From positions 186,001-250,000 of the forward strand of contig OZ025688.1 in assembly GCA_964019335.1 (NCBI GenBank): 64,000 bases of DNA, read 5' to 3'. Numbering within the stretch: the first letter of the stretch is position 1; every line of letters starts with the position of its first letter. The notes beneath the pieces were generated by a model. The model was not told the DNA's origin and made no database searches. It saw only the letters and a list, made by a program, of their open reading frames with translations. Origin of the DNA: Diplonema japonicum. Lineage: Eukaryota; Protista; Euglenozoa: Diplonemea. Below are positions 31,926 through 42,844 of this stretch, piece by piece. A program made the position numbers and the translations under genes.

Positions 31926-32924
31926 ATGTCGTCTAGCAAGGAGGCATGGAAGACCTTCCATGCAAAAGTCTGCAACGACTTCACCGAGGAAGAGCTTGCA
32001 GGTGTGTCCCTTCCGATCCTTCACGGGTTGTTGAAGCACTACGGCGTGTCGTCAGCGGTGGAGGCGGCTAGGATAGAAATATACTGGAGGGTGTTGAACA
32101 AGGAAGGCCCCGAGAAAAAAACAACATTAGAAATGTCGCATGCTGTCCTGAGAACACCGCCTCCGGCCCCGACACCCGCACCGCGGTTAAGGATGCGGTC
32201 CAGTTCCCCTGCTGTGACATCAGTGTGCGGTGTGGCGGAACACCCTGCACCCTTTGAAGTTCCCAAACCCAAACGATCTCCTTCCTTACAAAGGAGAAAA
32301 CTAATGCGGTACGAGTTACCTGCAACGGGCAATCCCAACACGCTGTGCTCCGCTGTTCGCGAGCGTTCTCCCTCACCTTTTAGAACTTTGACGCCTCGAA
32401 AAATTGGGTCGTGCAACCCCAATGATCTTGCACCCGAAGAGAAGGTAATCTCCCGTAGGTCCATGTCCACAGGAGCACCCCGCAGGACTTCCATCACGGA
32501 GGTCAATGCGTCACCGGTGAGGACGAGAAGGGTGTGTCGAATCCCCCCATCGCCCTCCACGCCTTGTCAAAAGAAGATAACTAAAAGCTTCCTCTCCTCC
32601 CCCGCCGATCCTAACGTCTCTCAGAGTGACTCCGACGTGTTTATGAGGGAGATTGTAGGGCACGGAGACTGGACTGGTCCGCGGGGTGCGTACTCTCACT
32701 CCTTGCAAGGGAAACGGTCTGCATCCGCGGCAGCTAGCCCCTCCACACCCCCCTCTACGCGCTGCACAGGGAAATCTAGCAGATATACCCCGCAAGACTC
32801 CGGCGCGCCCCCCTTTGGTGTCGTGGGCTGCGCACCAGAAACCAAGATCACCAAAATACCGAGATCGCTGACTCAGACTTCACCAGCAAAGGGGGCTGGG
32901 ATGAGGTTCATCGCTACTTATTGA
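31926..32924 (+). CDS. Hypothetical protein with conserved-looking N-terminal domain and S/P/R-rich tail
   Basis: 332-aa ORF. Confidence 0.75.
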   Translation: MSSSKEAWKTFHAKVCNDFTEEELAGVSLPILHGLLKHYGVSSAVEAARIEIYWRVLNKEGPEKKTTLEMSHAVLRTPPPAPTPAPRLRMRSSSPAVTSVCGVAEHPAPFEVPKPKRSPSLQRRKLMRYELPATGNPNTLCSAVRERSPSPFRTLTPRKIGSCNPNDLAPEEKVISRRSMSTGAPRRTSITEVNASPVRTRRVCRIPPSPSTPCQKKITKSFLSSPADPNVSQSDSDVFMREIVGHGDWTGPRGAYSHSLQGKRSASAAASPSTPPSTRCTGKSSRYTPQDSGAPPFGVVGCAPETKITKIPRSLTQTSPAKGAGMRFIATY

Positions 32925-33115
32925 TTTGGTTTTACTTTCTTTCTTTCTTACCCCCCCCCCCCCCTATTGTACCTGTTGTACTATTGTAATTTCCCCATCC
33001 TCCCCTCCCTCTCAATTCAGTACATAATTAAGTTCCCCCCCCCTCATTTACTTGTTTTTTGTCCTTTCTCCACGCCCCCCCCCCCCCTTTAATTTCCGTT
33101 CTACAGGTGGCTGCG

Positions 33116-34240
33116 ATGGCGGTGCCCAGGTTATGGGTGTTTGGGGCAGTGTTGTTTGTGGTGGTGACGCTGCCGTTCGTGGCAAAGATAGGTGCGCCGC
33201 ACCCTACGAAGCGAAGGGGCGTGGACGACGGGCTGGCGAAGCTGAGAAGGGCGCAGGCGGAGCTGGAAGTGCTGATACACCGACTGGAGGACAAGACAGA
33301 CAGGACCGACCCTGCGACCGACAACGCGAACAAAGCATCGCAAAACTGCAAAGACGCAAACAAAATGTGCGATATATGGGCACCATGCTGCCCGGGAGGC
33401 GACGCCAGCGGCGTGGAATGCTCCGAAGTCGACTGCACGTCACCAGGAGAAGCACCATGCGAAGGGACATGGATGGCAGAGAACTGCAGAAACACGTGCG
33501 GAACATGCCCAAGAATGCAACTCCGATACCCTCCCGGGAGTGTTAAATTCGCACACACCCCACCCGTAGCTACCATATGGGAAAAAACAAACAAATCGAC
33601 AGGATCGCTGCCGGGCGACCTATCGTGGAATATAGGACACAAAAGAAACCCGCGCATCCTGGAACTACACGGCGTGCTAAACGAGGAAGAAGCAAAGGAA
33701 ATGCGTGAGGCAGCAAGGCCGCACTTGAAGAAATCACTAGTAATCCACCCAACGAACTCATCAGAAGCTATTTCTGACGTCCGGACGAGCTCAGGGATGT
33801 GGATGACAGGCTCGAAATTTTCGAACTTGAAGTCGAGAAACAAACTTGTTGACGCAATGGTGCAGGCGTCAGGGTACCCGAAAACACATTTCGAGGCACT
33901 GCAAATACTTCATTACGACCCTGGACAGTACTACATCTCGCACTCCGACTACTTCGAACCCAACATGAAGGAGGTGATCGGTGCGTCGGGGAACAGAATC
34001 GCCACAGCGGTGACCTTCTTGAACACAATCTCGCCCGGGAAGGGCGGGCAGCTCAACTTCACTGCATCGCGGCCTCACGTAGAGTTCCAGCCTGTGACAG
34101 GGAACGCGGTGATCTTCTACAACGTGAAAAAATCCGGTGTGCCCGACCGTGCCTCGGAACACCAAGCCGTCCCTCCTGAAGCGGGGCATGAAAAATGGGT
34201 GGCGATATTCTGGATAAGACTAAATCCATTTTCGTCTTAA
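33116..34240 (+). CDS. Prolyl 4-hydroxylase alpha-type with ShK domain
   Basis: VRTSSG, EALQILHY..GQYY..HSDY, GNRIAT, H....P...EKWVA; ShK-like CKDANKMC..W..WMAENCRNTCGTC. Confidence 0.92.
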   Translation: MAVPRLWVFGAVLFVVVTLPFVAKIGAPHPTKRRGVDDGLAKLRRAQAELEVLIHRLEDKTDRTDPATDNANKASQNCKDANKMCDIWAPCCPGGDASGVECSEVDCTSPGEAPCEGTWMAENCRNTCGTCPRMQLRYPPGSVKFAHTPPVATIWEKTNKSTGSLPGDLSWNIGHKRNPRILELHGVLNEEEAKEMREAARPHLKKSLVIHPTNSSEAISDVRTSSGMWMTGSKFSNLKSRNKLVDAMVQASGYPKTHFEALQILHYDPGQYYISHSDYFEPNMKEVIGASGNRIATAVTFLNTISPGKGGQLNFTASRPHVEFQPVTGNAVIFYNVKKSGVPDRASEHQAVPPEAGHEKWVAIFWIRLNPFSS

Positions 34241-34330
34241 AAAAATATTTTTTATTTTATTTTTATATTTTTATATTCCAAAAAAAAAAAAAAAAAAAAA
34301 AAAAAGAAACAAAAAAGGGATCAAAAGAAA

Positions 34331-34756
34331 ATGACGACAGCTCTGCGTAAGAACCGTAAGAAGAGAGGGCACGTGAGCGCCGGGCACGGCCGTGTCGGGA
34401 AGCACAGGAAGCATCCCTCTGGCCGTGGTAACGCTGGTGGGCAGCACCACCACCGCATCTGGTTCGACAAGTACCACCCGGGGTACTTCGGTAAGGTTGG
34501 TATGCGCCACTTCCATTTCAAGAGGAACCCCGTGCACAAGCCCACTTGCAACGTTTCCCAGCTTACCAACATGATCCCTGAGGCCGACGCTGCCTCCACC
34601 AAGGTGCCCGTCGTGGATCTCACCAACAAGGGTGTGTTCAAGCTGCTGGGCAAGGGTTTCGTGTCCCGCCCCATCATCGTCAAGGCCAGGTTCATCTCCC
34701 GCATCGCCGAGAAGAAGCTGAAGGAGGCCGGTGGTGCCTGCGTTGTGTCCGCATAG
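34331..34756 (+). CDS. RPL27A: 60S ribosomal protein L27a (uL15)
   Basis: [48 protein letters not shown]. Confidence 0.98.
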   Translation: MTTALRKNRKKRGHVSAGHGRVGKHRKHPSGRGNAGGQHHHRIWFDKYHPGYFGKVGMRHFHFKRNPVHKPTCNVSQLTNMIPEADAASTKVPVVDLTNKGVFKLLGKGFVSRPIIVKARFISRIAEKKLKEAGGACVVSA

Positions 34757-34947
34757 ACAAGAAATGAACGGGGAGTATAAAAAAAAAAATAAAAATAAAA
34801 AAAAAAGGAGTTTTAGTGGGGGAAACAGGAGAGAATATGGAATCATTTTTTCCCCCCCCCCTCCATTCCCCCCCCCCCCCCCCACCCAAACACAAAAAAA
34901 AGGGGGGAAACAAAAACAAAAAAAAAAAAAAAAAAAAAAACCAAACA

Positions 34948-35856
34948 ATGAAAACATCGCTAGCAATGGCAGTGTTGGTGCAAACCGCGTATTGTTTCTA
35001 TGAAGGCAGGCACGCGGTACCGCTGTCGTTCGCGATGGAGCGCCTTGAGATGTTCGAAGGGGACGACTGCCAGGGAACAGGGAGGAGCTTGAATGGGGCA
35101 GATGACACAGGCAGGCAAACCTCGATCGGAGAGTGCTTCATATACAAAACGGGAAGCGTTAAAGTGACGTACAACAGAAGGTCATGCGAAGACTATCTTC
35201 TCCCAAGCCTGGAATTCACTGCGTACGACGACAAGGATTGCTCTGGAAGAGTTGTCGCCAAGGTAAACCTCATGAAAGGGTCGTGCGTTAACGTTGCCGG
35301 CCGTTCCGTAAAATTTGAAGTTGACATCGAGAACGGCGACTACTGCAAATACCTCCGCATGGTCCAGCTGTCTAGAGAAGCCAGTACAATTACATCTATT
35401 TGGGTTCCTTCCACACACTGTGAGGGGACCCCTGTAACTACATACAATCTAGAATACCATCGTTCCGCCCGTCAGGAAAGAGAATGCAACAACGCTTGCT
35501 GTTCTTTCTCCAGAGCTGATTCGAGTGAGGTTTCGTACCTCAAACAGATTTCAACGTGTACTTCATACGGAAAAGTAATTGTGTCCACTATCGTTTACAA
35601 AGACAAAGAATGTACTGAATATGACAGTTCAAACTTTATCAACCAAATGTATGACAAGAAACCTATTGTTCTCGGGCAGTGCAACTCATTTAACACGGAG
35701 AAGGGGGGGATGTCTCTAGAGCTCCACATGAGCTCACGTGAAACGGAAAAGCTTTTCTGTGAGGTGATTCGCTCGTTTAGTAAGTACGACCTCTCGAAGA
35801 CGAATCAATTGATGGTTTCAGAAAGTGATTTCAATGCGACGGTGGGAAGGGTGTGA
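34948..35856 (+). CDS. Secreted cysteine-rich repeat protein
   Basis: Signal peptide; repeated (F/Y)xxxxCxG..G.C units. Confidence 0.8.
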   Translation: MKTSLAMAVLVQTAYCFYEGRHAVPLSFAMERLEMFEGDDCQGTGRSLNGADDTGRQTSIGECFIYKTGSVKVTYNRRSCEDYLLPSLEFTAYDDKDCSGRVVAKVNLMKGSCVNVAGRSVKFEVDIENGDYCKYLRMVQLSREASTITSIWVPSTHCEGTPVTTYNLEYHRSARQERECNNACCSFSRADSSEVSYLKQISTCTSYGKVIVSTIVYKDKECTEYDSSNFINQMYDKKPIVLGQCNSFNTEKGGMSLELHMSSRETEKLFCEVIRSFSKYDLSKTNQLMVSESDFNATVGRV

Positions 35857-35857
35857 A

Positions 35858-35897
<40 letters not shown>

Positions 35898-36660
35898 TTG
35901 TGAACTGAAAACTAAGTTGATTGAACAGTGAGCACGGCTTTGTTCTAAGGAAGAATGAGGAAATAAATCCTTGTCCAGAGGCGTTACTTTTGGTGATGAC
36001 ATATATATATATATATAGACATAAAGAATTCTTTTTTTTTACAGGGAAAGAGGGAAAGAAAAAATGCCCGCTTTTTAGAAGTTTTTTTTTTAAAAGAGGA
36101 GAAAAAAAAGAAGAAAAAGAAGAAGAAAAAAGAGGTGGTTTTACAGCGTTTGCAGGTTTTTTGTTCGCTTCTTTTTTCTCCTTTTTTTTTTTTTCTTGTT
36201 CTCCTTTTTTAGTTATTTTTTTAGGCGTCCCGCCACATACCGCAGGTACCCTTAAATGTCTCTTTTTTTTTCTTCTCTTTTTTCGTTCATTAAATACACT
36301 CACCCCCCCCCCCCCCCCCCCCCCTCTATATACAATTCTTCTTTTTTTTTGAGATTCGTTTTACTTTTTTCAACAGCGATAACCCTGTTTTTTTTTTTTC
36401 TTCCTCCTTTCTCTCGAGGGATTTTGAGAGAAGGCAAAAAAAAATAAAAATAAAATAAAAATAAAAAACTGATAGGGACCGCAGCGCAGGGAGACACGAG
36501 AGAGAAGAAATATTTTTCTCCCCCCCCCTCTCCCCTCCATTTTTTCCCTCTTTTCTTTTATTCTACGGAAAACCCAAAAAAACCAAAGGAGGGGGGGGGG
36601 GGGGGGGGGAAATGCACCAATAAAAAAAACAAAAAAAAAACAAAAAAAAACAAGAAAAAA

Positions 36661-37257
36661 ATGGGTTATGCAACTCAAAATCTAAAACAAGCAGAGCCTT
36701 CTGCAATAAAGGCCTTCGTCCGTCGCGACATGGAACGCAAATGGATGATGGACACCAAGAAAAGGTTAGAGAAGACAAGGGGGAAAGATCTACGAGGCAG
36801 GACCACAGGCAGGATGACTGCAGAGAGTATAATAACAGCACTGTCTTCTCAAAGTGACCAGGTGGAGCAAGCCACACCTGGCGAAAAGGACAACAATTTA
36901 GTAACGAAATCCGTGGCTGATTTTCTTGCAATAGAAAAATGGGCGTCTGAATCGTCAGTACTGCCGCCCCGGGGCATTTCCCACTCCAGAAGGTATCTTG
37001 ACTGCGAAGAAGAAGAGGACACTGGAGAGTATGAAAACAACACCCTAGAACAGCAGCAGCTAGCCAACAGCATCGAACGGCTCACTCAACTGCTTCTGGA
37101 GAAAAAATCAAAGTACAGTCTGCAATGCGAACCCGCCCATAGTGCCACGGCTCAAAAGCGCCCTGTGGCTGCAAAGGGCGCAGCGTGCAAAGGTAAAATT
37201 AAAACGAAGCCGAAACTTAAAAAAAAAAACCCTCCCTCAATGAGCGGCCTTTGTTAA
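36661..37257 (+). CDS. Hypothetical protein
   Basis: 198-aa ORF with ATG after an A-run. Confidence 0.7.
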   Translation: MGYATQNLKQAEPSAIKAFVRRDMERKWMMDTKKRLEKTRGKDLRGRTTGRMTAESIITALSSQSDQVEQATPGEKDNNLVTKSVADFLAIEKWASESSVLPPRGISHSRRYLDCEEEEDTGEYENNTLEQQQLANSIERLTQLLLEKKSKYSLQCEPAHSATAQKRPVAAKGAACKGKIKTKPKLKKKNPPSMSGLC

Positions 37258-37444
37258 TAGAATTATAGATTTTTTTTTTATTATTGTCAAAAGGAAAAAA
37301 AAAAGGAAAAAAAAATTGTTTTTTCGTGTAACTTTTTTTTTTTTTTATTTTTTGCGAAGGTTTCACGTTGAAAGAGGGGGGGATTGAAGGGGTCGCACAG
37401 GGTTGGAGGGAGAGAAAGGGAAAAAAAAGAAAGAGAAAAAGAAT

Positions 37445-38329
37445 ATGGCGCCCAGCGTCGATGACAAGGAGCTACGGGTATGCCCCCATCAAAAGAGAAA
37501 AAAAAATAAAATAAAATGAAAACAGGAATCCATCAAGGGGTGCATCGATTTGAACGGTTTCGGCCTCACGGTCACCACACTCCGCAAAGTGGTGGAGAAC
37601 GAGATAGGCACGACTTTCGACGGTAACAATGCCAAAAAGATGTTCAGAAAGACCATGGAAGAGTGTCTCAAGGAAATGCTATTGCTGAAGCCAAGTTTAG
37701 TAGAGGTACCCTTTCCCCCCCTTTCCCCCACCCCAATTAAATCACAGACACTCAAAACACCCCAAGTAAACGCTGGTGTGGGTAAGAAAGGCCGCAGGTC
37801 AACGGGAGGCAAAACAAGCCCCAGAAAGAAAAAAGATTCTAGTAAGAAGGCCAGCTCACCAAGAGCGAAAAAGACAAAAACAAAGGAGTCCAGCGAACCC
37901 AAGAAACCCCTCGGCCCTTTCTTCATCTTCAGCAAGTGGAAGAGACCGGAGGTGACAAAGGCAAACCCAGACTTCAAGGTTGGTGACGTGGCAAAAAAAA
38001 TAGGTGAAATGTGGAAAGCCCTGCCTGACACTGACAGCGAGAAAATAAAAGCTGTTGAAGAAGCAGTGAAGGAGAAAGAACAATACCTTAAAGTCTTTGC
38101 TGCTTGGCAGCAAACCGACGAGGGGAAGGCTGCTGCTGACAAGAAACCCAAAAGTAGGTCTTCTACAGGCTCGAGGCCCGCCGCAAAGAGAACCAAGAAG
38201 GTGCGGAACGAAGAGGGGCTTTCAGGCGTTGTTGCTGAGGATGCCACATCCTCCGAAGGGGAGTACGAGTCCTCTAGCGACACTTCTTCATCCTCCTCAA
38301 GCTCCTCTTCCTCTTCGTCGTCAGACTGA
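37445..38329 (+). CDS. DEK-C-like plus HMG-box chromatin protein; intron 37478-37525
   Basis: HMG motif PKKPLGPFFIFS..RPEV..NPDFKVGDVAKKIGEMWKAL. The first exon MAPSVDDKELR splices in frame. Confidence 0.88.
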
Positions 38330-38464
38330 AAACTTAAAAAAAAAAAAAAAGAACTCCCCCATTCAATTGTCTCTTTTATTTTCTCATTCCCCCCCCCCCC
38401 CCCCCCGAAGTGTTAAACTATGTAATGTTTGGGGAGGGCAGGATGACAAAACAAAAAAATTTAA

Positions 38465-39579
38465 CCATCTACCAACGAGCGCCGCATTTGCCACATTGTT
38501 CGAAATTATGACCCGGCCTCTTTCTGGGCACCCTTTTTTGAAGTGATTTTTAAGGGTAAATTTGGGCTGGCGTTTTTTTTTCTTTTTTCTTTTTCTTGTT
38601 AAGTTAGGGCAGCATTTAGTTTATATTTTTCATATTTTCCGCGCAGGACCCCGGATGCGAGAAGTGGCCGGGCTGTATTGCATTGAAAGCCCTTTGCGCA
38701 AAAGTTTTTTTTTACAATCGTCTCTATAAAGACGCTAAAAAAGGTGTTTCCCTGGATCTCAATGCTGCTTCTTTGCGTACCTTCCTAGGTGTCCTTTTGT
38801 CGATGGACTTGGATATCATGCCAGATTATTCTGACTACTGGCGCGCTGGCTCCACATCTCTCAACCACCCCTGGGTACGCCACTGTCAGTCAAGTGCTTG
38901 GCTTGTTTGGAAAGAAGCATTGCCCCCCAACACCCTGAGTACGAACGACAGTGGATTCACGCCTTTCAAAGAGGCAGTCATCGAAGGGCTACTAGGGAGG
39001 CTGTCTAAACAACAGCTAAAGTCAACTACAGAGCAGGCTGCCCCAATACCATGCCCCGAAACACAGAACGAGTGCCCTGAGACCCCAATGCGCCGCGATA
39101 GTACCTTCTGGGACCATTTCCCCGAAAAAGTAGCGCAACGTGCGGTGCAAGCATGGCAAGTCGAAATGACCCCAGTTCCAGTGTTCAACCTGCTTGGTAC
39201 AACTTTGCGTGACTCCGTGCTTCAAAGACTATCACCTTGCCGGGGATACCCCCCAGAAACCCCTCTCGGGGTCAAAAAAGAAGTCCCCCAGCCCTGGGGC
39301 ACGTACGAACCGCGTCAAGAAGGCCTTAAATAGCTTTTTACAGAATTTTACAGTCGATTTTTTTTGACTTGTTTTTTGTACCCCCTCTCGGGCACTTCAG
39401 GAACGATATTTTTGACAATGTTGTGAGGGTGGGCCCTGCTGTGGGCACCCTCTCTCTAGAATTGGGACATCTGGAGGCATTTCCGGGGGCATATAGCCCC
39501 GGCGTTGCGCTAGAATAGCTATTTTTGAAGTTTTGAAAATTTACCCCCTGGTGGGCAAAAATGGTCCTTTGGTAGATGG
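38465..39579 (+). mobile_element. Internally deleted piggyBac-family DNA transposon
   Basis: TTAA at 38461-38464 and 39580-39583; 11-bp TIR CCATCTACCAA/TTGGTAGATGG; remnant FLGVLLSM..PDYSDYW and, in a shifted frame, C-terminal FQCSTCLVQLCVTPCFKDYH. Confidence 0.92.
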
Positions 39580-39716
39580 TTAAAAAAAAAAAAAAAACAA
39601 CTTTTGTTCTTCATTCCATTCTTTTTTTTTTTTTTTTTTTTGATTTCTGAAGAAAAAAAATTACAATCCTTCAAAAAAAAAAAAAAAATTAAGAAAACAA
39701 AAAAAAAACAAAAAAA

Positions 39717-40494
39717 ATGACAGAGCATGAGCACGTCTCAGCGTGGCTACAAGAACTGGGCGTAGACGGGGGTTTGCTAGGCGACCTCTCAGAGGACCAA
39801 GTGGCGTCTTTGTACCAATGGAGCGCAGCAGAAAAGGCAAAGGAGGACATAGAACAACGATTACTAACGAGAACGGCCGACATAAAAAGAGAAACAAAAT
39901 TACTAGAAGAGAGACTGGACTCCCGACTGGGCGTGAGATGGGATGGCTATCCAGGGGTAGTTGAAATGTCCGGAGCAGGCGCGTTGCTAGGAGTCAACCA
40001 ACTAGAATCCACATTAGTATGCGGGGCCATCGCAGACCTCCAAGGAGAGCTCGAAGTGTGGTCAAACAGATACTCAGAACTTTTAATGGAAAAGGCAGAC
40101 GCGCAGGGCAAACGGAATGAAGCAGAAAGGTACCACTCTGCTCTAGATGATCTAGAACAACGCTGGGTTACTTACATTACATCGAGATCTACGGGGACAT
40201 CTATGCAGGAACGGCAGACTCAGCAACACCTTGAAAAGGTGAATGAGTACCACGCACGCCTCCACTCCTTGCAGTCTCAGTCTTCTGCCAATGGGCTTAC
40301 CCCCCAGCTGGAACATTCGTCCATTGTGTCTTTTTTTGAAACGTATTCATCCTTAACACGGTCTCTTGCGGCCAAGCAGAAGAAAGTCAACAAGTACAAA
40401 ATCCCCCCGAACACCAACATGGCCCGCGCCAGGATCGCACAGATCAAAGCCGAGGTAAAAGATCTTCAAACCCGCCCTGTGAAAAGACGGTATT

Positions 40495-40496
<2 letters not shown>
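39717..40496 (+). CDS. HAUS1 (augmin subunit 1)-like coiled-coil protein
   Basis: N-terminal VSAWL; C-terminal YKIPPNTNMARARI resembles the HAUS1 LPP...AR..I end; size fits. Confidence 0.6.
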
Positions 40497-40537
<41 letters not shown>

Positions 40538-41110
40538 CCAATAGATTTTTTTTAAATGTCTCTTTTTTTTTTTTTTTTTTTCCCTTTTTTTTGTGAGGTG
40601 GTGGGGATAACATGAAAATATAAGAAAAACATCAGATGTGTTGTTCGCTGTTGACCTCCTCGTCGGTCATCACCGGTAGCGCCCGAGTGGAAGAACATAA
40701 TGGAGATGCTCAGGGTGACGAACAGGCAGCAAACTGCACGAGCGCAGAATCTTGGTTACCCGGGACGCACAAGTTCTTGTGCAGGGCGCCGCCAACACCG
40801 GCCTCCTTTAACTCATATATATATACATGTTTTTTTTTTTTTCTGTTTATCCTTCGCCGCTTTTCCATACCTCGTCTCCTGCCGCCCATTCAGCCATGAT
40901 GGCCCTGCAAGCGATCTCTTTCTTTGCGCTCTCCTTCATCGGCGCCTTCTTCCTTTCCCCTCCTTTCCCGCTGGACCGTCACCGTTCCGCCACTTACCTT
41001 CTTACCCACCCTCTCCGCCCAGTTTGGGCCCTGCCCATACTTTTTTTTTTTGACACAAAAAAAAAAGAAAAATAGAAAAAGGTGGAAGTGAGGGGGAGGG
41101 GGAACAAGAA

Positions 41111-42694
41111 ATGTCTATCCGACAGTACCTTGTCCCGCTGAAGAAGAACGGAGCCGTCGAGGAAGAAAATAATAAACCGAAACAGCCCATCGTGGTGGAG
41201 AACGACGCGAAACCCGAAGCAAAACCAGACACAACGCCAAACAAACCCAAGCGGCGGAAACTAGGTGAGAGCGATGACGGTACCGATACTGAAACACAAT
41301 TAAAACTCGCGGATGGGTATAAAAATTGGGGCGAAATGGCGTTACTGCTAACAGACACGGCGGAAGTAAATGATGGTGCGAGCTTGTGCAACTTTATAAG
41401 AAAGTTAAACGCCCCTCACGGGAACAAGTGGGACCTACAGGTCTTGAAGCATTTCTGCGATACAGTTCTCCGACAGGATATATCTGAAAATTTTTACAGC
41501 AAGATATTCCCATGGCTCGCGGGGAAAGCTGTCGAATGCACCCGGCTCCCAAAGCCTCGGATCCTCCTGCGCAACACAACGTCAAGTTCAACAGTTTCCG
41601 AATCGCATTTCATCGGCCTTCTCGTCCATGCTTTTCTGTGCATCATACCCTTTCGCTACCGGTACTCCATAGCAAAAACCGATGTAAAAGGAGCAGCGGA
41701 CTGGAAAAGCTATCCAGAGTACCACCGTCTTAAAGACGCCACTAAACATCTACCTGACCTGAACATGCTTCCTTTGTTCGGGATCACCCTGGGGCGGGAG
41801 AGGGTGGCGAACCAAATCGAAAAATTGAAATGCGTTTTTCATTATTTCTCGAAAATGTACATGGTGTTGGTGGAGGCACGGCAAACCCCTACCAATATCA
41901 CCGTGAAACGAACGTGGGTCCCCACACAGGTTGATTGGATCAAGAACCAATCGGCACTGTGTGACCTCAACATCGAAACAATACAAAAGATCGAAGAATC
42001 GCAACAAGCTCTTCAAGTCGACTTCGCAAACGAATCCCTTGGAGGCGGGGTCATCGGCAAAGGCTGCGTCCAGGAAGAAATTCGATTCATAATCTCCCCC
42101 GGACTCTTCCTCGCCAGGATGCTCTGCGAACGCCTCACCCCCAACGACGCAGTTGCGGTTTACGGAGCACGGCAACACAGCGAGTATTCAGGATACGCCG
42201 AAACATTTAAATGGGAAGGCGACCACGACGACAGAACACCTCTCGACGCAGCAGGACAAACTTACATGGTAGCCGTCACAATGGGGAACATGTTAAATTA
42301 TACAAAGCCTCCTATGGAACCGGGATTTCAATACAAGGAACCTTACAGGCTCAAGGAGCTTCATAAAATATTTGTTAGCCTGTCTCACACACCCCCTATA
42401 CCGTTTGCACACACAACTATAGCCTCTGGGAAGTGGGGTTGTGGAGTGTTCGGTGGGGACTACCAGTACAAGCTCCTCCTGCAGCTATGTGCAGCGAGTG
42501 CTGCCAACACGGCGCCCTCGTTTACATTCCACACGTTTGAAAACGAAGAAGAAGCGGCGGCCATTCGAAGCTTTAGAGACAGCGTCCTCTCCACAAGGTG
42601 CACCGTAGCTATGATGTACACGGCCCTGTCATCCTACCACCCGGATTCGGGTAAAACTGTATTCAACCATATTGCTACGGTGATTCGCAGTTGA
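41111..42694 (+). CDS. PARG: Poly(ADP-ribose) glycohydrolase
   Basis: LQVDFAN..LGGGV..GCVQEEIRF, YSGYA and SGKWGCGVFGGD motifs. Confidence 0.95.
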   Translation: MSIRQYLVPLKKNGAVEEENNKPKQPIVVENDAKPEAKPDTTPNKPKRRKLGESDDGTDTETQLKLADGYKNWGEMALLLTDTAEVNDGASLCNFIRKLNAPHGNKWDLQVLKHFCDTVLRQDISENFYSKIFPWLAGKAVECTRLPKPRILLRNTTSSSTVSESHFIGLLVHAFLCIIPFRYRYSIAKTDVKGAADWKSYPEYHRLKDATKHLPDLNMLPLFGITLGRERVANQIEKLKCVFHYFSKMYMVLVEARQTPTNITVKRTWVPTQVDWIKNQSALCDLNIETIQKIEESQQALQVDFANESLGGGVIGKGCVQEEIRFIISPGLFLARMLCERLTPNDAVAVYGARQHSEYSGYAETFKWEGDHDDRTPLDAAGQTYMVAVTMGNMLNYTKPPMEPGFQYKEPYRLKELHKIFVSLSHTPPIPFAHTTIASGKWGCGVFGGDYQYKLLLQLCAASAANTAPSFTFHTFENEEEAAAIRSFRDSVLSTRCTVAMMYTALSSYHPDSGKTVFNHIATVIRS

Positions 42695-42844
42695 TATGGG
42701 GGAAAAAAAAAAAAAAAAAAAAAAAAAAAGGAGGGGTGGAAAAAAAGTTTTCAGTTTCTTTTTTTTATAGTGTATTTTCCCTCCCCCCCCATTTTCATTT
42801 TGTCCCCCCCTGTACAAAAAAAAAAAAGAAAGGGAAAGGGGAAA

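Noticed and set aside
38683-39333. 216-aa ORF as a host gene
   Set aside because: It is the fused piggyBac transposase remnant between the TIRs.
40636-41075. Complex sequence with short ORFs and an intron-like stretch on the minus strand
   Set aside because: No convincing protein could be assembled on either strand.
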